A stretch of 60,262 nt of DNA, filler included, from Bipalium vagum (taxonomy: Eukaryota): the NCBI GenBank assembly GCA_037834085.1. It is 3 parts of 3 records of this genome, joined end to end, with 100 filler letters (N's around TTAATTAATTAA, not from the genome) between each part and the next. Parts side by side here need not be neighbours in the genome. Positions count along the whole stretch, not along the records: positions 22,249 to 42,877 come from JBBMKC010249063.1; 2 more parts are not named here. One strand, given 5' to 3'. The translations under genes were made by a program, and so were the position numbers. The notes under the pieces were generated by a model, which was not told the origin of the DNA, made no database searches, and worked only from the letters and a program-made list of their open reading frames with translations. Positions 27,422 to 41,559 of the stretch are shown here, in pieces (positions within the stretch are counted from its first letter, which is position 1; each line of letters starts with the position of its first letter).

Positions 27422-29019
27422 TTAAATATCAAATAATAAAAACACTTGAATTTATTTATGATACTTTTAATTTTTTATTTCACATCACTTGATATGATAG
27501 ATATATTATTTTGTACATTATATTAAATTATAATTAATAATTTTAATTAATAGTGAATGCTTATGAAAATGTGTTCTGTTTTGGAATATTAAAAATTAAT
27601 TTAAAAAAAGAAGAAGTTATTGTTTCTTCTAAGTTTTATGCATGAATATATTTTGTCCAGATATAATATTTTAAAAGGATAAATAAAAAAAATAATAAAG
27701 TGTGAAAACATGGTCTAAGTATGAAAATGAATAAATCTAACCATTATTAAGTAATAAAATATTTTCCAGAATTTCAATAAATTCGGTCAAAAAGTTTAAT
27801 AAAAATAATCAATTTTAAAAATTTTATCAATAAATTAATTTGAATTTCACTTAATTTTTTAATTAATTTTTTTAAAGATTTCTGTTTTATGATATTTATC
27901 TAATCTTATTGGCTGGTTAAGGAAAATCTGAAAAAATAAAATAAAGATAATATTTAAAAATTTTTTTAATAATAAAAATCGTATTTCTGTCTCGTATGCA
28001 TAACGAGAAATGCTAAATAATTTAATTTAATTTAATTTTTAATTTATCATAATATTTAAAATATAAAATAATGGTATATATATCTGTATAAATTTAAAAT
28101 AATAATAAAAAATATGTATAAATAATAGTTATTTACTGCTGGCATTATAAGATGTAATCTGATTTATTTAAGGGAAATGAAACTATGAAATGATGAAAGA
28201 TATATTGTCAGGATATAAATAAAATATATTATTTTTAATACAAGGAAATATTACTGACAATATAGATCACGATTACCGAAGCATTATGAATGAACACTGA
28301 TTTGGTTTTAGTGATATTAAAAAAATAAATGGACAGAGTCTGTGATTTCTGCTTCCAGACTGTTTGCCTGAAATTTTAGATTCAATTGAAAATAATATTA
28401 AAATGAAAATAATAAAATAGGAATTCTACATTGAAATATTCCAATGCTCAATAAAGCTTCAGTCGGCTTATTAATGTATGTTGACAACGAATTTAGAATA
28501 TTTACAAATATTATAGAGACAGAAAATAAAATCTGCGTGATTTATGAAAATTTAGCGAGAAATGAATTAAATTAAACCAATTTCCATTGAAATTCTGCAG
28601 AGGAGAAATTAAATTTTATAACTCCAATGTAAGAAAAAATATTTTATAAATTTATTTTATAAAAATATTCCTAAATATCCCAATGATTAAAACAACAAAT
28701 TCATAACGATAAATTGAAAATGTTTTTTTTAATTAAATGTCCTGTCAACCAGTGACAGTTACATTTTTGAAACGTTTCCAAAACATAATCAAACCGGATT
28801 TAAGAACCCATGATATTTGGCAAAAGAATATTTTGCATTTTCTATATATTATAAAAACATTGCAAGATCAATGTGTGTTTTGTACTAAAATGGAAAACTA
28901 TACATTTGATTATAATTACGTTAATATCTTAGCTGAAGGTCGAAATAAATTCAATTGTGCAGTTCAAAATTTTTCCCTTCAACGAATTTTGACTATTTTA
29001 TTTTACTTTACAAAAAACC

Positions 29020-29457
29020 TTTAGCTATATCTCTAACCACCAGAGAAGACTTTTATCCATTATAGCTTCAATAGCGCTAGAATTGATTTTTCTTGGGCGA
29101 CCGGTACGGGTTAAATAGTTTAAGTCGAAGTTTTCAACATTGAATTTTCGAAACCATTTCTGACACACACGGTCTGTTAGAGAATCCCCTCTTTTTATAC
29201 ACACCTGTGGCTGTTTTACCTTTACTAAAGTAATATATAAGCAAATGTGCTTAAAATAAATATATTCATCATCCATGTTTATAGTTTAATTTTTAGCTAA
29301 AATTGTGATTATTTAAACAAATCTTTGATAAAATGGTATGCCATGCAAGTAAATTAATATTAATATATCCAACGTTTGTTTAAAATTAGTTTTATACAGC
29401 AATAAGCAAATGTTTAATCTCAAAAAAAGCCGAATGGACTTATTTGCAACCGGTTAT
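29020..29457 (-). mobile_element. mariner 5' fragment
   Basis: DRVCQKWFRKFNVENFDLN..RTGRPRKINSSAIEAIMD and TIR-like GGACTTATTTGCAACCGGTTA. Confidence 0.8.
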
Positions 29458-29742
29458 AATGGAGAAAAGTTTAACAATAATAGGGCCATGCTCATGGGAT
29501 GCGTTTAGTTTATATTTCTAGTCAAAATAGATTTTTTATTAACCTTATATCTTATATTAAAAGATCTTGTCAGACGGAGTCACTATGTAAAACTTTTGAG
29601 GTTGGATATTTCTAAAAAATATTCAGTTCAACTTTTAAAAGATCAAAGTTTCATCTTACAAACCTTTCTATAACTTAGAAAATGTCTTCACGAATTAACG
29701 TATATAAAGAATATCTGACAGATTATGGTTTTTTAAAACATT

Positions 29743-30330
29743 TATACAGGGTGTTTATAAAATAAGTATTCAATTTTAAAATGTAATACCGAAAAAAAAA
29801 AATATATATATAATATATATAAAATATATATTTTTGTCAAAGTAACATTTCTTTTATTAAAATTTAATATTTTTTACAGGATGACCATTAACTTTCATAA
29901 ACTTATGTAAACAAGTCATTTATATATTTCTGGTGATTTCCTCCACTTGAATAATATCCTTCAGGTTTTGCACATATCTTTTTTTGTTTTTCTATAAACC
30001 TGTGTCTTCAGAAAAAATCATGTGGTGTTGCGATGTGGATTATTGATGATTTCTTTACTTAGACTTTGGCACATTGTAATTCTATCAGCATAGTTTTTAT
30101 GGATAATTTGAACTTTGTATGGATGAAGTTGAAGATATTATGTACAGATTTAAAACTGCATCCAATGTCCATAGCAGCAGTTCTTAGCGATGACTCAGGA
30201 GCTTCATAAAACTGATTAATTTCGCATATTTTCTAATCTTCAGTTTGTGATTCTCCAAAGATCACAAGTCATATTCATATGTTTGTGTCGTGGATAAAAG
30301 ACAATGCAGTTTGGTCGTGGCTCATATTTA
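29743..30330 (-). mobile_element. Tc1/mariner-superfamily relic, same family as 3660-3997
   Basis: TACAGGGTGTTTATAAAATAAGTATTCAATTTTAAAATGTAA matches the reverse complement of about 3955-3997. The subterminal and GHPV C-terminal region is shared. Confidence 0.6.
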
Positions 30331-31096
30331 TCTATCCATAAATAGATTTATTAAAATTAATAAAAACTGATTTGTATAAAAAATTATTCAAAAATAAAAT
30401 TGTCCTTAATTATTGGAAGAAATAAAAAGAATTATTCATAAAGTTTATTAAAGTAAAATTTGGCGAAAATCACTAAAAATGTATCAAACTTTTTTGTATG
30501 TATCAAAATAAATGTATCAAAAATAAATAAATATTTCTCATTTTATATTAAATTAATTTTAGCTAATAAAAATATGACACCAGTTTAATCTATCAAACTC
30601 ACAGTCGACTTTTTATGCAAAAGCAATTTTATCTTTACCCAATTTATAATGGTGGTGATTTTTGATAGCCAAACGTATAAATATATATTTAAGTCATTAT
30701 CAAAGGTTAGTGCACTTCGAGAAATGTTTTGATTTTTTAGTATTTTCTTCATTGGGCAGTACGGCAGAACATAATGATCAATACAGAATCTACTATTGAA
30801 ATAAGGGATTCATATGAAATAATAAATAACAGAGAGAGAGAAGAGAAATAATAAATAAAGAAATTAATAATAAAATTTTTTAAAAATATTTTGGTCCAAA
30901 AGGGTAACAAAATATTAAAAATTGTCTGACTTTAGAATATGGATAATCATTTATATTCTTTATATAAAAGTTTCAAAATATTTTAAAATGTTTGAATAAT
31001 CCCTACATAACATAAATTGATAAGTGTGATCAGTTTTCTACTGAGATATATGTTGTTAAAAAAATTATGCTTTTTAACATTCAACATTGAATGCAT

Positions 31097-31360
31097 ATAC
31101 AGGATGCATAAAGTATTTCAGGATATATTGATGTCTCAGAAAAAGCTTAAATACTAACAAGTAGTAACTTTACCGATAAAAAATGATACACGGATGAAAA
31201 TGTAATTAGGTTTTCTATACTTTTATTCTAAAAAACCAACATCAGCTTAGATCACTGCTTCCATACAAGATAGAAATGACCTGCACGTCTTAACTAGATG
31301 GTCCTGGTTTATATTGGACATCACTCTGCGTATGGAGGCTTTTGGGGAGATTTTTTTTTG
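31097..31360 (-). mobile_element. maT-like (DD37D-type) transposase 3' end
   Basis: KASIRRVMSNINQDHLVKTCRSFLSCMEAVI.ADVGF, with a TACAGGATG... terminus. Confidence 0.6.
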
Positions 31361-32224
31361 TATTAGATTATCTTAATAAAAACAAAACATAATTAATCGA
31401 AATAAGATCCACTCGGTTCAACACACTTTAGCCCATTAGATAGAAGTTTATTTATTTCTTAAAAAGATTTTCCCTAATAAATATATTGGTTCATTATTGT
31501 AATAATCAAAATAAATAAAATATGGCTATATAAAGATATATAAAGTTTTAATAAACGACTTTGAGTAAATAAGTTTCGCTAATGGTTTACTGAACCATGG
31601 TACTATTTCCAATGTTAAAAAATATTATCATATATTATGTCCATTTGTTTGAATGTTTATAAGTATCTTTCTGAAATATCTTTTAGAGGTCTACCCGAGT
31701 TATGAATTCATAATCTATTTTTGTTTCTTCATTCCTCAAATATTATATTTTCTCTGTTTAAGGCCTGTTTTAGTAACTTGGACTATTATTAAATTGTTAC
31801 CAAGAAATCTGCTTATTTTCCTTTATTCCGCAAGTATATGTAAAAGTCTACAAACTTTCATGACAATTGCTTTAGATTTGTAAGCCTTTCACGGGTTTTA
31901 TTGATTTCTCCTAGCAGGATGATATCAGTTGTTTTCTAAATGCATTTACTGCAGTATTTTAATATTTATTAATAAAAAATTTTATTTTTAATAACTACAA
32001 GTCAATTAATTTTCACTGTTCTATATCTTAACTCATATTTCTATTCATTATCTACACCCTTTTCTATTTCATCTTTATTCATTATGAAATTTTGCTTTTT
32101 ATGATTCGTTTTTAAGATAATTTTAATTGTCCATGAAATCATTAATTGGTATGTTTTATGGCTTATTAAAAATTTTTAAAAACAGATGAGATTAAGATGA
32201 ATAATTGCAATTTTAGATATATTT

Positions 32225-32440
32225 TTCTATATGAATTTAAACTTGGTCATATGGCTATACAATCGACCAAGAACATCAGATTAGCTTTTATATATAATGT
32301 TTGTAAAGTATGCACAATTCAACGAAAGGTTTAAAAGTTGAACGAGGACGAACTTTGGAAACGCAACTAAGGTTGTCAAAACTGAATATTTTAAATAATT
32401 AGAAGAACAAATTCTACGTCAAACAGTTTGAGAAATAATT
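32225..32440 (+). mobile_element. mariner N-terminal fragment
   Basis: YEFKLGHMAIQSTKNIRLA. Confidence 0.5.
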
Positions 32441-32879
32441 GTATTACAATAGAATTTTGTATGAGGTATCACAAACCAATTAACTTCTACTTTCCTTTAT
32501 CTTATTTCTTATCTCTATTCATATTCAACACAATGTTCTTTTTTACCTTTATCTTATGTAATATTTTAATTCTGTATTTCTCTTACTTCATATTTCTCTT
32601 TATTTATGTTCATTTTAAACATTATTTGTCATTAAAGAAAATAATAATCAAGTTAAATTCTGGTGTTAATCAAGTTACCTAAATGATATCTTAACCAAAT
32701 TAGATAATTATAAAGTATTTTACATGTAAGTTAATATGATTAAAAAATTAACCGAAAATTATTTTATTTAAATAAATAATACTATTAAATCTTCATAGTT
32801 TTGTATTAATGAGTCATGATCAACTGTATTTGTTTATATGTATCAATAAATATGAACTATAAATATTGTTTTAGAAAAT

Positions 32880-33365
32880 TGAAGTTGTAAATAAGTACCA
32901 ATAAAGCAGCTTTGTGGTAAATAAACCTTTTCTTTAACTCATAGGAAAGTACTTCTTAATCTCACAAATTTTTGTTAAAGAAGTATGATCATAACCCATT
33001 TATTAAAACATGTTGTCTAGACGGTTCAAAAAATTGTGAATTTGAGATGTGAGATTAAGAGAGTGTAACGGAAAGTAGCAAAAGTTCGAGAATTTTGAAC
33101 TGTTGAAACTATTAGAGGAAGATTCATACCAAACACAAGAGGAATTTGGCGCATCATTTAGAGTAACTCAACAAATCATTACAGTTTGTTTGAAATCAAT
33201 GGGAATGATGGAAAAAAGAAAGAAATTGGTTGCCCCATAATTTGACCTCTGGAGACATCAAAAGGCTACTTATAATGTATCAACCACTGCTTCAACGGCA
33301 AAATCGAAAGGGGTTTTTCATCGAATCATGATGTGTGATGAAAAAAGATTTCATTTAACAATCCA
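32880..33365 (+). mobile_element. Mos1-like (mauritiana-type) mariner N-terminal half
   Basis: KFENFELLKLLEEDSYQTQEEFGASFRVTQQII...LKSMGMMEK...LLQRQNRKG.FHRIMMCDEK. Confidence 0.9.
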
Positions 33366-34339
33366 ACAATTATTATTATTCATTTTGCTTTAAATATTTT
33401 TAATATCATTATGTGTATAAAAAATAATTAAAATATAAATAAATTAAAAAACATTAGGGAACAAAATTGAATATTTCACCAAATTTCAAATTATTCTAAT
33501 TTAAGAAATTATTTTTTAAATGGAAACTCATTTAGATTTATATCTGACTTTGTTGAGGATTATGGAAGATTTAATTTTAAACCACATTCTAATCTTTAAT
33601 AGGATTAATATAAGTTTCTTTAAAAATATCTAATAAAAGCCTTCGGGTCCCTAAATATCAAGTAAAGCTAATTAGGTTGTTATAATGATAATGATAATTA
33701 TAAATTTTATATAAATACTAAAAATTGGAGTTCAGCCTTCCAAGAATGAAGCTGATATAATGAGATTTTTTATGAGAAGTGTAGTTTTTTACAAATTTAA
33801 TAAAACACAATTATAATCGAAAATAATAATAAAGATAAAAAATAAAATATTTTAGGAGATATCTTTAATTATATTAAATGTTAATATATATTTGATGAAC
33901 TCACATCAGGAGAAAAATAATAAACAAATATATGAAAACTAATGTTTGTGTTATAAATAATTTTATATATAATGTTTGGAGTAGATATTGCATTATATAT
34001 TATATTTTCAGGAAAAATATTAAAGAATTAAATTTCCCAATAATAATAAAAATCGAATAATAATAATAATAATTTCAGTGAGACTAAAATGAATTGATTA
34101 AATTAAATAATTTTGAAAAAAAGTTTAATGTTTTTATAATTTAATTATAATTTCTAGTTTTCAATTATTAAAAAAAATTATTCAAATTAATAATTATGTT
34201 ATTTCATCAAATGATTTACTGTCTTAACAAATATTTTTTTCTGAATTAAAAAATTTCTTTTTATTTATTTTATTATTTCTATTTATTTACTTCATTGTAT
34301 TTTAATCATTAGAACATTAAGATATAAATATAAAGCTTG

Positions 34340-35258
34340 AACTTCAAAATATTTATTGTACTCACAAAAATATAAGCCACTTTTTCGAGTACTTGTTGGC
34401 AAAGTTGTGGTATTATTCCAGTCTCAATTACTTTGATGTTTCTCTGCAAAGAAAGAATTTCTTGATATCCTCCATTGAATAGAATCATTGTGTGTTAAGG
34501 TGATTTTGAGGCTATCCTATTATATATGGTAGTCCGAAGATGCTATATCTGATGATTAAGGTAAATGTTGCATTAATTCCCAATCGATGTTCCTCAGTTT
34601 GAGATTTGTCACCAAAGCAGAATGTATGTAGCTCAATGTAGTAGTAATACCACATTGAAGATAATATTCTTTCTGTTCATAAATTCTAATCATTTTTCAG
34701 TATCTTATCGTTCAATATTATCTCACCAGTTAAAAGGTAAAAATACTTTTTTATGGGTAACTTGTGTAGAACTTATACAAGTATTTTTTTGAAAATTTCA
34801 ATAAAAATTAGTAACGATTAATATCTTTCTGAAATCGAACATAAGATTTATGTGAATTTCCCAAAAATTTTCAGATTTCCAAATGTAAATGGTCGGATGA
34901 TTAAAGTCAGTCTTTTTAAAACATGTAAATACTGTTTTGTTAAAATGATAATAGCAAGGTTGAGACGAGGTCTTCACTTTTCACTTATCATATTTTGTTG
35001 CGCTGGCACTGAAATCTTGTTTCCAATAATGTCAAAGGAGTGTCCGAATTTAATTTTTTTCTATATTTATTAAAACTAAAAATATATAAGAACAAATATT
35101 ATTTTACATCAGTTCATTTACCTACTTACAGAATATTTAATGATTAATACCTTCAAAAGTGATAAATAACTAAATTAATTTAAATATTTTTTGATTATGT
35201 AATAAATATATTTGAAATAGTTAAACAAAAACGAAATTACTTTTGACTCAACCTAATA
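34340..35258 (-). mobile_element. decayed mariner transposon
   Basis: SSDIASSDY (YSPDIAPSDY) and TIR ...ATTACTTTTGACTCAACCTAATA. About 230 bp of the 5' region is shared with 47030-47243. Confidence 0.7.
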
Positions 35259-36769
35259 GCTATATTCATAAAAATTAAATTAAACTTAAAATAATATTAA
35301 TTTTATTTAATAAAAATAAATGTAACTTAAAAATTATAAAGTAGAACTTTCAAAAAACTATTAAATGAATTTTTTCTTATAATTTAATTTCTGAGTAAGT
35401 GTTTTAAATTTATATTTAAAAAAAATATGAGAATTAAAAGAAAAGTAGAGGTAACAATGTTGAGCTTTTAACTAGTATTAAGAAGATTTTAAACAGAAAT
35501 ATTATCGCCTTTAAAACATTATTCCGCCAGTAATGATATTTGGACAAATAATTAAATTTTTTTTTGAAATTTATTATTATTTTTATTATAAAATTTTTTT
35601 TCGCACTTTGTTGTTTTTAAACTATAAAACATTTCCATATAAAATAAATTACTTTCTTGAAAACGGATAAAATAGGAAATTATCAGCAAGAAAGTTACTC
35701 TGTACTTTAAGATATTTTTAGAAAATATTTTTGAATAGTAAATATTTCATTAAATTTTTATTTTATAAACATTAAATTTTATTACATTTGTAATACTTCC
35801 TTCACATCAATAAACCCCGAGAGATCATGAGCCATCCTAATAAAATTTTAAAAATATATCTGTGCCTAATTCATGACCTTTGACCTTTAGATCTGTTGCG
35901 ATCAACAATATTATGATATCACTTTCAACAGTGATCACGAAATGAATTTTATTTATTATTTTAAGTGAAGGAAAATTAGGGCAATAGTTGTTCCACCTGT
36001 TCACGTTGAATGTCATTTTTGGAATAGCTGCTTTCTTATTCCTACAGTCAGCTATGAAGGTTTTGTTGTGACGGCCGATCATTCTAATGACAACAAAACT
36101 CAAATTGATCCTTCAGTGGCATTGAAAATGACTTAATTAATATCTCCATTTCTTTTTCTTGTTATTCAATCGCTGTTTGAATACATTAAAAGAAACTTCT
36201 CTTCATCCACGTATCCGCTAGATTTCAACGGAAATAAGTTAAATCGCTCTGGCATTATATTAAAAAAATAAAATAATTAAAATATTATTTATTATTATAT
36301 TACAAAAAATTATTATTGGTGATAATGAAAATAAATCATTATTTTGTATTGGTTATTTAAGTGGAGGGTATCCATTATCCCAAGCTAACACTTAAACCAT
36401 ATATCAGTGTAATCATGATCAACGTAGAATAATTAAAGCATCACATTATTATTTCCTTCTGAACACTAATAGGCTCTGTTGAATAAAATAATATTTTTTC
36501 CTCTAATTACCACATAAAGCAGAAAAATAATAAAATATAAAATTTATTTCGAAAACAAAAATGGATAAATAAATAAAATAAAATATGTTACTATTGAGAA
36601 AATAGACAAAATTTATATTAAATTAAAAAAAAATAATAACATTTTTATTTTCTTTTTCCGCGTCTTCCTCAATTTTATCTTCTTCCTCATCATCATCATT
36701 ATATTATTATTATTATTTTAATAGAATTTGTAATAGCCATATTAACAATAAATTGTTGATTTGCTGAAT

Positions 36770-37145
36770 ATGCAATGTAAGCAAAGCAAATAAAATACAT
36801 TCTTTTGTGTAATGAACAATGAACTATTGTGATTAAATTCCAGAATACAGAATTAAGGGAATCAATTATTTTCTACAAAGCTAAAATTACTTTACCTCAA
36901 CCTTTATTTTCTAACTGCGAACAGCTAATCTGTATGCCCGTTATAGAGGTTTAAAGGTAACGTTTATTTTCCTTAAGGAAACTTGACGGGAATATTAAAT
37001 TCTTTAGACTTTTTTCAATGGTAGCGCTGTAAGACATACAAGTCTAGGAATAAACTTCGTATTAAAAAACATCTTTTGCTATTCATTTTCTAAATCCTTA
37101 CAAACCAATTTTTATAACGGTTATTACAAGACAATAAAATACTTA
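36770..37145 (+). CDS. candidate three-exon gene start, unidentified
   Basis: ATGCAAT|gtaagc ... CTAAC..cag|, then a 51-nt intron, giving MQSNLYARYRGLKTFFNGSAVRHTSLGINFVLKNIFCYSFSK... Other parses are possible. Confidence 0.25.
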
Positions 37146-37531
37146 GTCAATTAAAGTGAACATTATAAATTATTAAAAATAATTACATTATAATTTTTCA
37201 TAAAATATTTATTTTTTATTAAATAGAAAAATAATGCCCGATTATAATATAAATGATAAATAATAATTTTAAATTAAAATAATATTTTTATATTGAAATT
37301 TTTTTTCTCGATCATTTCAGTTTTATTTTTTGTTTTAATCTTTCAAATTTGATATAACGGTACAAGTGTGATTGCTTCATTAATCTGTCGAGATTAGCCG
37401 AAGTTATCATTTTAGCTTCAATTAAATACAGTGAATATATATTAAAAGAATATTTTTTTTGCATAATTTAAAAACAAATAATAGGAGATTCGAAAATATA
37501 AGTTATTCATTAAACCTATTCTGTGTGTTAG

Positions 37532-37633
37532 TTGAAAAGTTAATCGGAGAAACCTGGATTCGAACACATCACTTGCGCATGGACTGCTCTGACCGCTGAC
37601 CTATGTCCCCGACAAATCTCAATTTATCTCACA
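37532..37633 (-). mobile_element. tRNA(Ala)-like module, copy 1 (putative LTR 5' part)
   Basis: TGTGAGATAAATTGAGATTTGTC-GGGGACATAGGTCAGCGGTCAGAGCAGTCCATGCGCAAGTGATGTGTTCGAATCCAGGTTTCTCC-GATTAACTTTTCAA, with A and B boxes. Confidence 0.75.
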
Positions 37634-37732
37634 TTGTGTATATTGAGAATTTACTTAGTTAGGACTTAATTCCGAACAGCTTTTAATTTTTTTATGTAGA
37701 ATGTAAAATGTACAATATTAATTCAATGTATA

Positions 37733-38390
37733 TTTAGTGTCCCAAAAATGTACTGTTTTTTATATATCCACATTAAAGCTAAATAACTTTTAATAACAAT
37801 TAATAAACTATTGATTTATTGTATAAAATTTTACATAGCTTGATTAATAAAATAGTAATAAACTTTATAGATATTTGTTTTAGCGCTTAATTAAGATGAA
37901 TACGGATTATGAAATTATTGTAGTTATTGAAAAAGACATGCGCTCAGTAAGAGGAAAACAAGGCGCTGGTTTTTGAAATTCAGTTCGGTTGACACCAAGT
38001 GCACAAGATTCTGGAAGGTCTTTGGTTGTCAAAGACGATGGTCTACTGGATTGTTTAATTGAGATGTACCTCAATTAACTCGTGAATTATCAGCTCAAGT
38101 TGGTCATTAAAAAGCTACAATTCATCGACAAAGCTCCTCGAATGAACCCAAATCAACTGACAAATTCGTAAGTTGATCAATGCTGTCAAACCTGTAAAAG
38201 ATATTGGATAGCTCATTCTCAAAAGTACAGAACGATTTTTTTATCACAATTTTTATTGAATTTTTTGAATTAAAACGGTCATTTTTATGGGATACAATAA
38301 TATATACGTATATCACATGATAAATGGGACATAAAATCAATGTTCAATGGAAAAAAAATAATTCATGGGCGTTTTCTATTTTAATATAAT
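37733..38390 (+). mobile_element. internally deleted mariner relic
   Basis: RWF.KF..G.T..QDSGRSLVVKDDGLLDCLIE...TRELSAQVGH.KATIHR. Confidence 0.65.
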
Positions 38391-39458
38391 TTGCGCAATT
38401 AATTTTAGTTTTAGAATTTTAACGAACATTTCTAATAATTTTTGTTTCTCCTTAAATTATAATGTTATAATTATAATTATAATTGTTAATGTTTTTTGTT
38501 AAATTATAATGTTAATTTATATTGATAGTTTATATAAATATAAAATGTTCCTAAATTTTTATTTTGTTTTAAATGAATGAAATTAATTAAGCATATAATT
38601 AATCATTGATGTCGCTTCTAAAACATATAAGCATATTAAGTACACTATAATTATCTCGTCTAATTATATATGAGACATCATTTTTGTACTCAGTATTGTT
38701 AAAAATGATATTAAGAATGATTTTCTCTCAATTTCCATCCTACTTTAAAAAGATTTCATCAAGACTCTGAAATAATTACTCAGATAATTTTTATTTTTTC
38801 TTGCTTTTTTACGGCTTGCAAACTTTTCCAAGTGATATATTATAATAAAGAATTAGGTAAGATGATATTCGGTGATTGTTAATACCCTTAATATAATGGG
38901 TTTTCAGTGAAACTTTATTTTACTGTTATACTTGTCATATATTTAAGGACCTTAGTCTTGCGCTCACTTATAGAATCGATTTTATAGGCTTTTTTCAATT
39001 ATGAGTTAAGCTTAAAACTGGGATTAAGATCAAAATAAAAAATAATAAATCAAAAAAGACATTAAACATGAGGTATGTTTATTATCTTAGGACGTTTTGG
39101 TAAGCTTAAATCACATTATCACAAGTTCTGTATTTTTATATTGAAGGAGTTATATTATTAACCTAATTTCATAGTAATAGTTTGATGTCAAGAGACCACT
39201 TTGAGCACTACCCTATATACTCTATACCATAGGTGAATGCTTTAAAATTTAAAACTTAAAATAAAAATGTAAATAAAAGAATAATCTCTTAAATACAAAA
39301 TAAATAATTAAGCAGAAAAATATAAGTGGTTCTTTTTATGATGTTCAAGTAACGTAATCATAAAAACCTCAACAGATTTGAAATAAAAATATTAACAAAT
39401 TTTATTTTTTTAGGTAAAAGTCGGTACGGAATCCAATTAAAAGTTTTTCAGTCATATA

Positions 39459-40742
39459 TATGGTGGTGCATTTAAAACATGCAAAACTAAAACATCAAAA
39501 CTCTTGAAAAAAAATATTTTATTTTTATTTATTAAACATAGTCTTTAAAATATTGAGATTTATGCAGTATTTAGCTATTTGAATATAATATTGGTAAAAT
39601 GGTCTCCATTGAGATTTATTTTATTTCTGCATCTTGCCAAAAAGCAATTCATTACCGCTGTGAGCATTTCTTTTGGTATCTTGAGGATTGCATCTCTGAT
39701 AGCATCTTTTAAGTCTGTGATGTTTTGTGGTTTGGTTAGATAGACCTTGTCCTTGCAATAGCCCTGCAAAAAGAAATCCGGAGCTATCAAGTCTGGCGAT
39801 CTGGGTGGCCATCTGAAATCTGATCAGAGAAAATCGTCCTCAAGTATTCCATGTCGATCTTTTTGATGTGTGGTGTTGCTCCACCTTGTTGAAACCATGT
39901 CGAACGAATAGATATACGACACCGATGCAATTCTGGAACAAAAAACTGCTGTAACATCTCCAGATAACTCTCCCCAATGACATTTTCACTTTTACCTTGC
40001 ATTTCGAAGAAATAAGGACCAATGACACACTTGGACGATACTGCACACCATACAGTTACTCGACCTGGATGTAATTTCTTTTCGTGGATAATGCTTGGGT
40101 TTTTATCTGCCCAATAACGAAAATGTTGTTGTTTCACATTTCCGTTAAGATCACAATTTGCCTCATTAGACATGAAAAAACGGTTTAACGAGGCCCCATC
40201 CTCTTTCACCATACCAATCATCTTTTCGCAGAACTGAAGACGCAAACGGTAGTCAGTTTGCTCTAATTTACTCACTAATTGCATTTTGCATGGAAAAAAT
40301 GCAAATCATCATTTAAAATACCTTGAACACTTCGTCCGCTGATATTGAGTTAACAAGAGAGTCCGCGTGTTGATAATCTCGGATTTGTTTCAATTTCCGC
40401 GGCTACTGCAGTGATGCTTAAAACAGTTGGTATAGAAAAATTTCTATTTCTTGGCATAACATAAACATTATCCTCACGTTCGAAATGATTAATCACACGC
40501 CTAATGGTTGTTGTACTCGGTGTCTTCCATTTATATTCCCTTCTTAATGCTGTCGGACCAAAATAGGAAAATGGAATTCATAAAAAAATTTATTATTTTA
40601 ATTTTGATTTCTGGATCCATAATTATAATGATTTAAATTTCCACACTGTACTTATAACAAAATAAAACATTAAAACAAATATGCATGCATTGGAATGAAG
40701 TTATCAATCATTACTTTTGAAAGTTTTAAATGTGCCCCCCTA
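39459..40742 (-). mobile_element. full-length decayed rosa/DD41D-like Tc1/mariner-superfamily transposon with both TIRs
   Basis: TIR pair with 20/26 identity in TA context. ATG at 40620, stop at 39575. Motifs FFMSNEANCDLNGNVKQQHFRYW, LHPGRVTVWC, WFQQGGATPH and WPPRSPDLIAPDFFLQGYCKDKVY, with frameshifts. Confidence 0.9.
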
Positions 40743-41049
40743 TATATAATAATTATTATTATTATCAACGGGGATAGAATTTCTTTAAATAGTTTTTCAG
40801 CAATTTAATTAAATTAAAAATTAATAATAATATTTCTTTAATTAAGATATTAATTTAATAAAAATGAAAAATCCACTGATTTCTGCATTCCCTCTTCTGT
40901 TACTATTTATCTCATTTTTTCTTTTTATTATAAACTGTAAAGATTTACAAAATTACTCGGTATTACAGAAAATATTATATTTCTTTTCTCGCTTCACAAT
41001 TCGTAGTATGATAACATTACACTTGTTATTTTTTTGGAAATTCTGAATA

Positions 41050-41440
41050 ACGACCAGAATAATCAGACATGAGAAAGTTTTCTTCCAGCACGATAACACC
41101 CGGTCATATGTGCAAAGATTGTGAAGGCCACTTTTGAAAATCATGTTTTATATGTTTTACTTCATCCCATTGTTTGCCGGACATTGGTCCAAGTGACTAT
41201 CATTTTTGTCAATCGATGAAACATGGGCTTACGGCTTACGGAGCAGCACTTCAATTTTTAATGAAAAACTAGAAAAATGGCTTAATGAATGGATCGCTTT
41301 GAAAGATGAGTCAACAGTTGCCAGTCAGGTGGGAAAAAATAATAGCTAGCGATGTAAAATACTTAGTGTAAATGTACTTGTTTTTTCATAATAGTGTTTT
41401 TGTATTAGAGCTGACCGGGTTAATTCACATAATTGATATA
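41050..41440 (+). mobile_element. Mos1-like mariner C-terminal half
   Basis: RHEKVFFQHDNTRSYV...PDIGPSDYHF..SMKHGL..EQHF...WLNEWIALKDE...WEKIIASDVKY. Confidence 0.85.
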
Positions 41441-41559
41441 GATGGCTTTATCCTTCACATTGAAATGTATAAAAGATATTACCTTACACTAACTCCTGAA
41501 CTTGCAGACCTCTAATATCCCAACAAAAAGAATCAATAAAATAAAATGATATTCTTAAC

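Noticed and set aside
27220-27432. 70-aa ORF of X residues
   Set aside because: Translation of an N gap.
35837-36260. Possible bacterial IS630-like transposase (YVDEE, PKMTF)
   Set aside because: No second or third catalytic motif and no TIRs. Splice-like sites suggest an unresolved host gene remnant instead.
37546-37610. Functional tRNA gene call for the tRNA-like copies
   Set aside because: Anticodon/T arms are deleted or unpaired in every copy, and the shared flanks indicate a mobile repeat.
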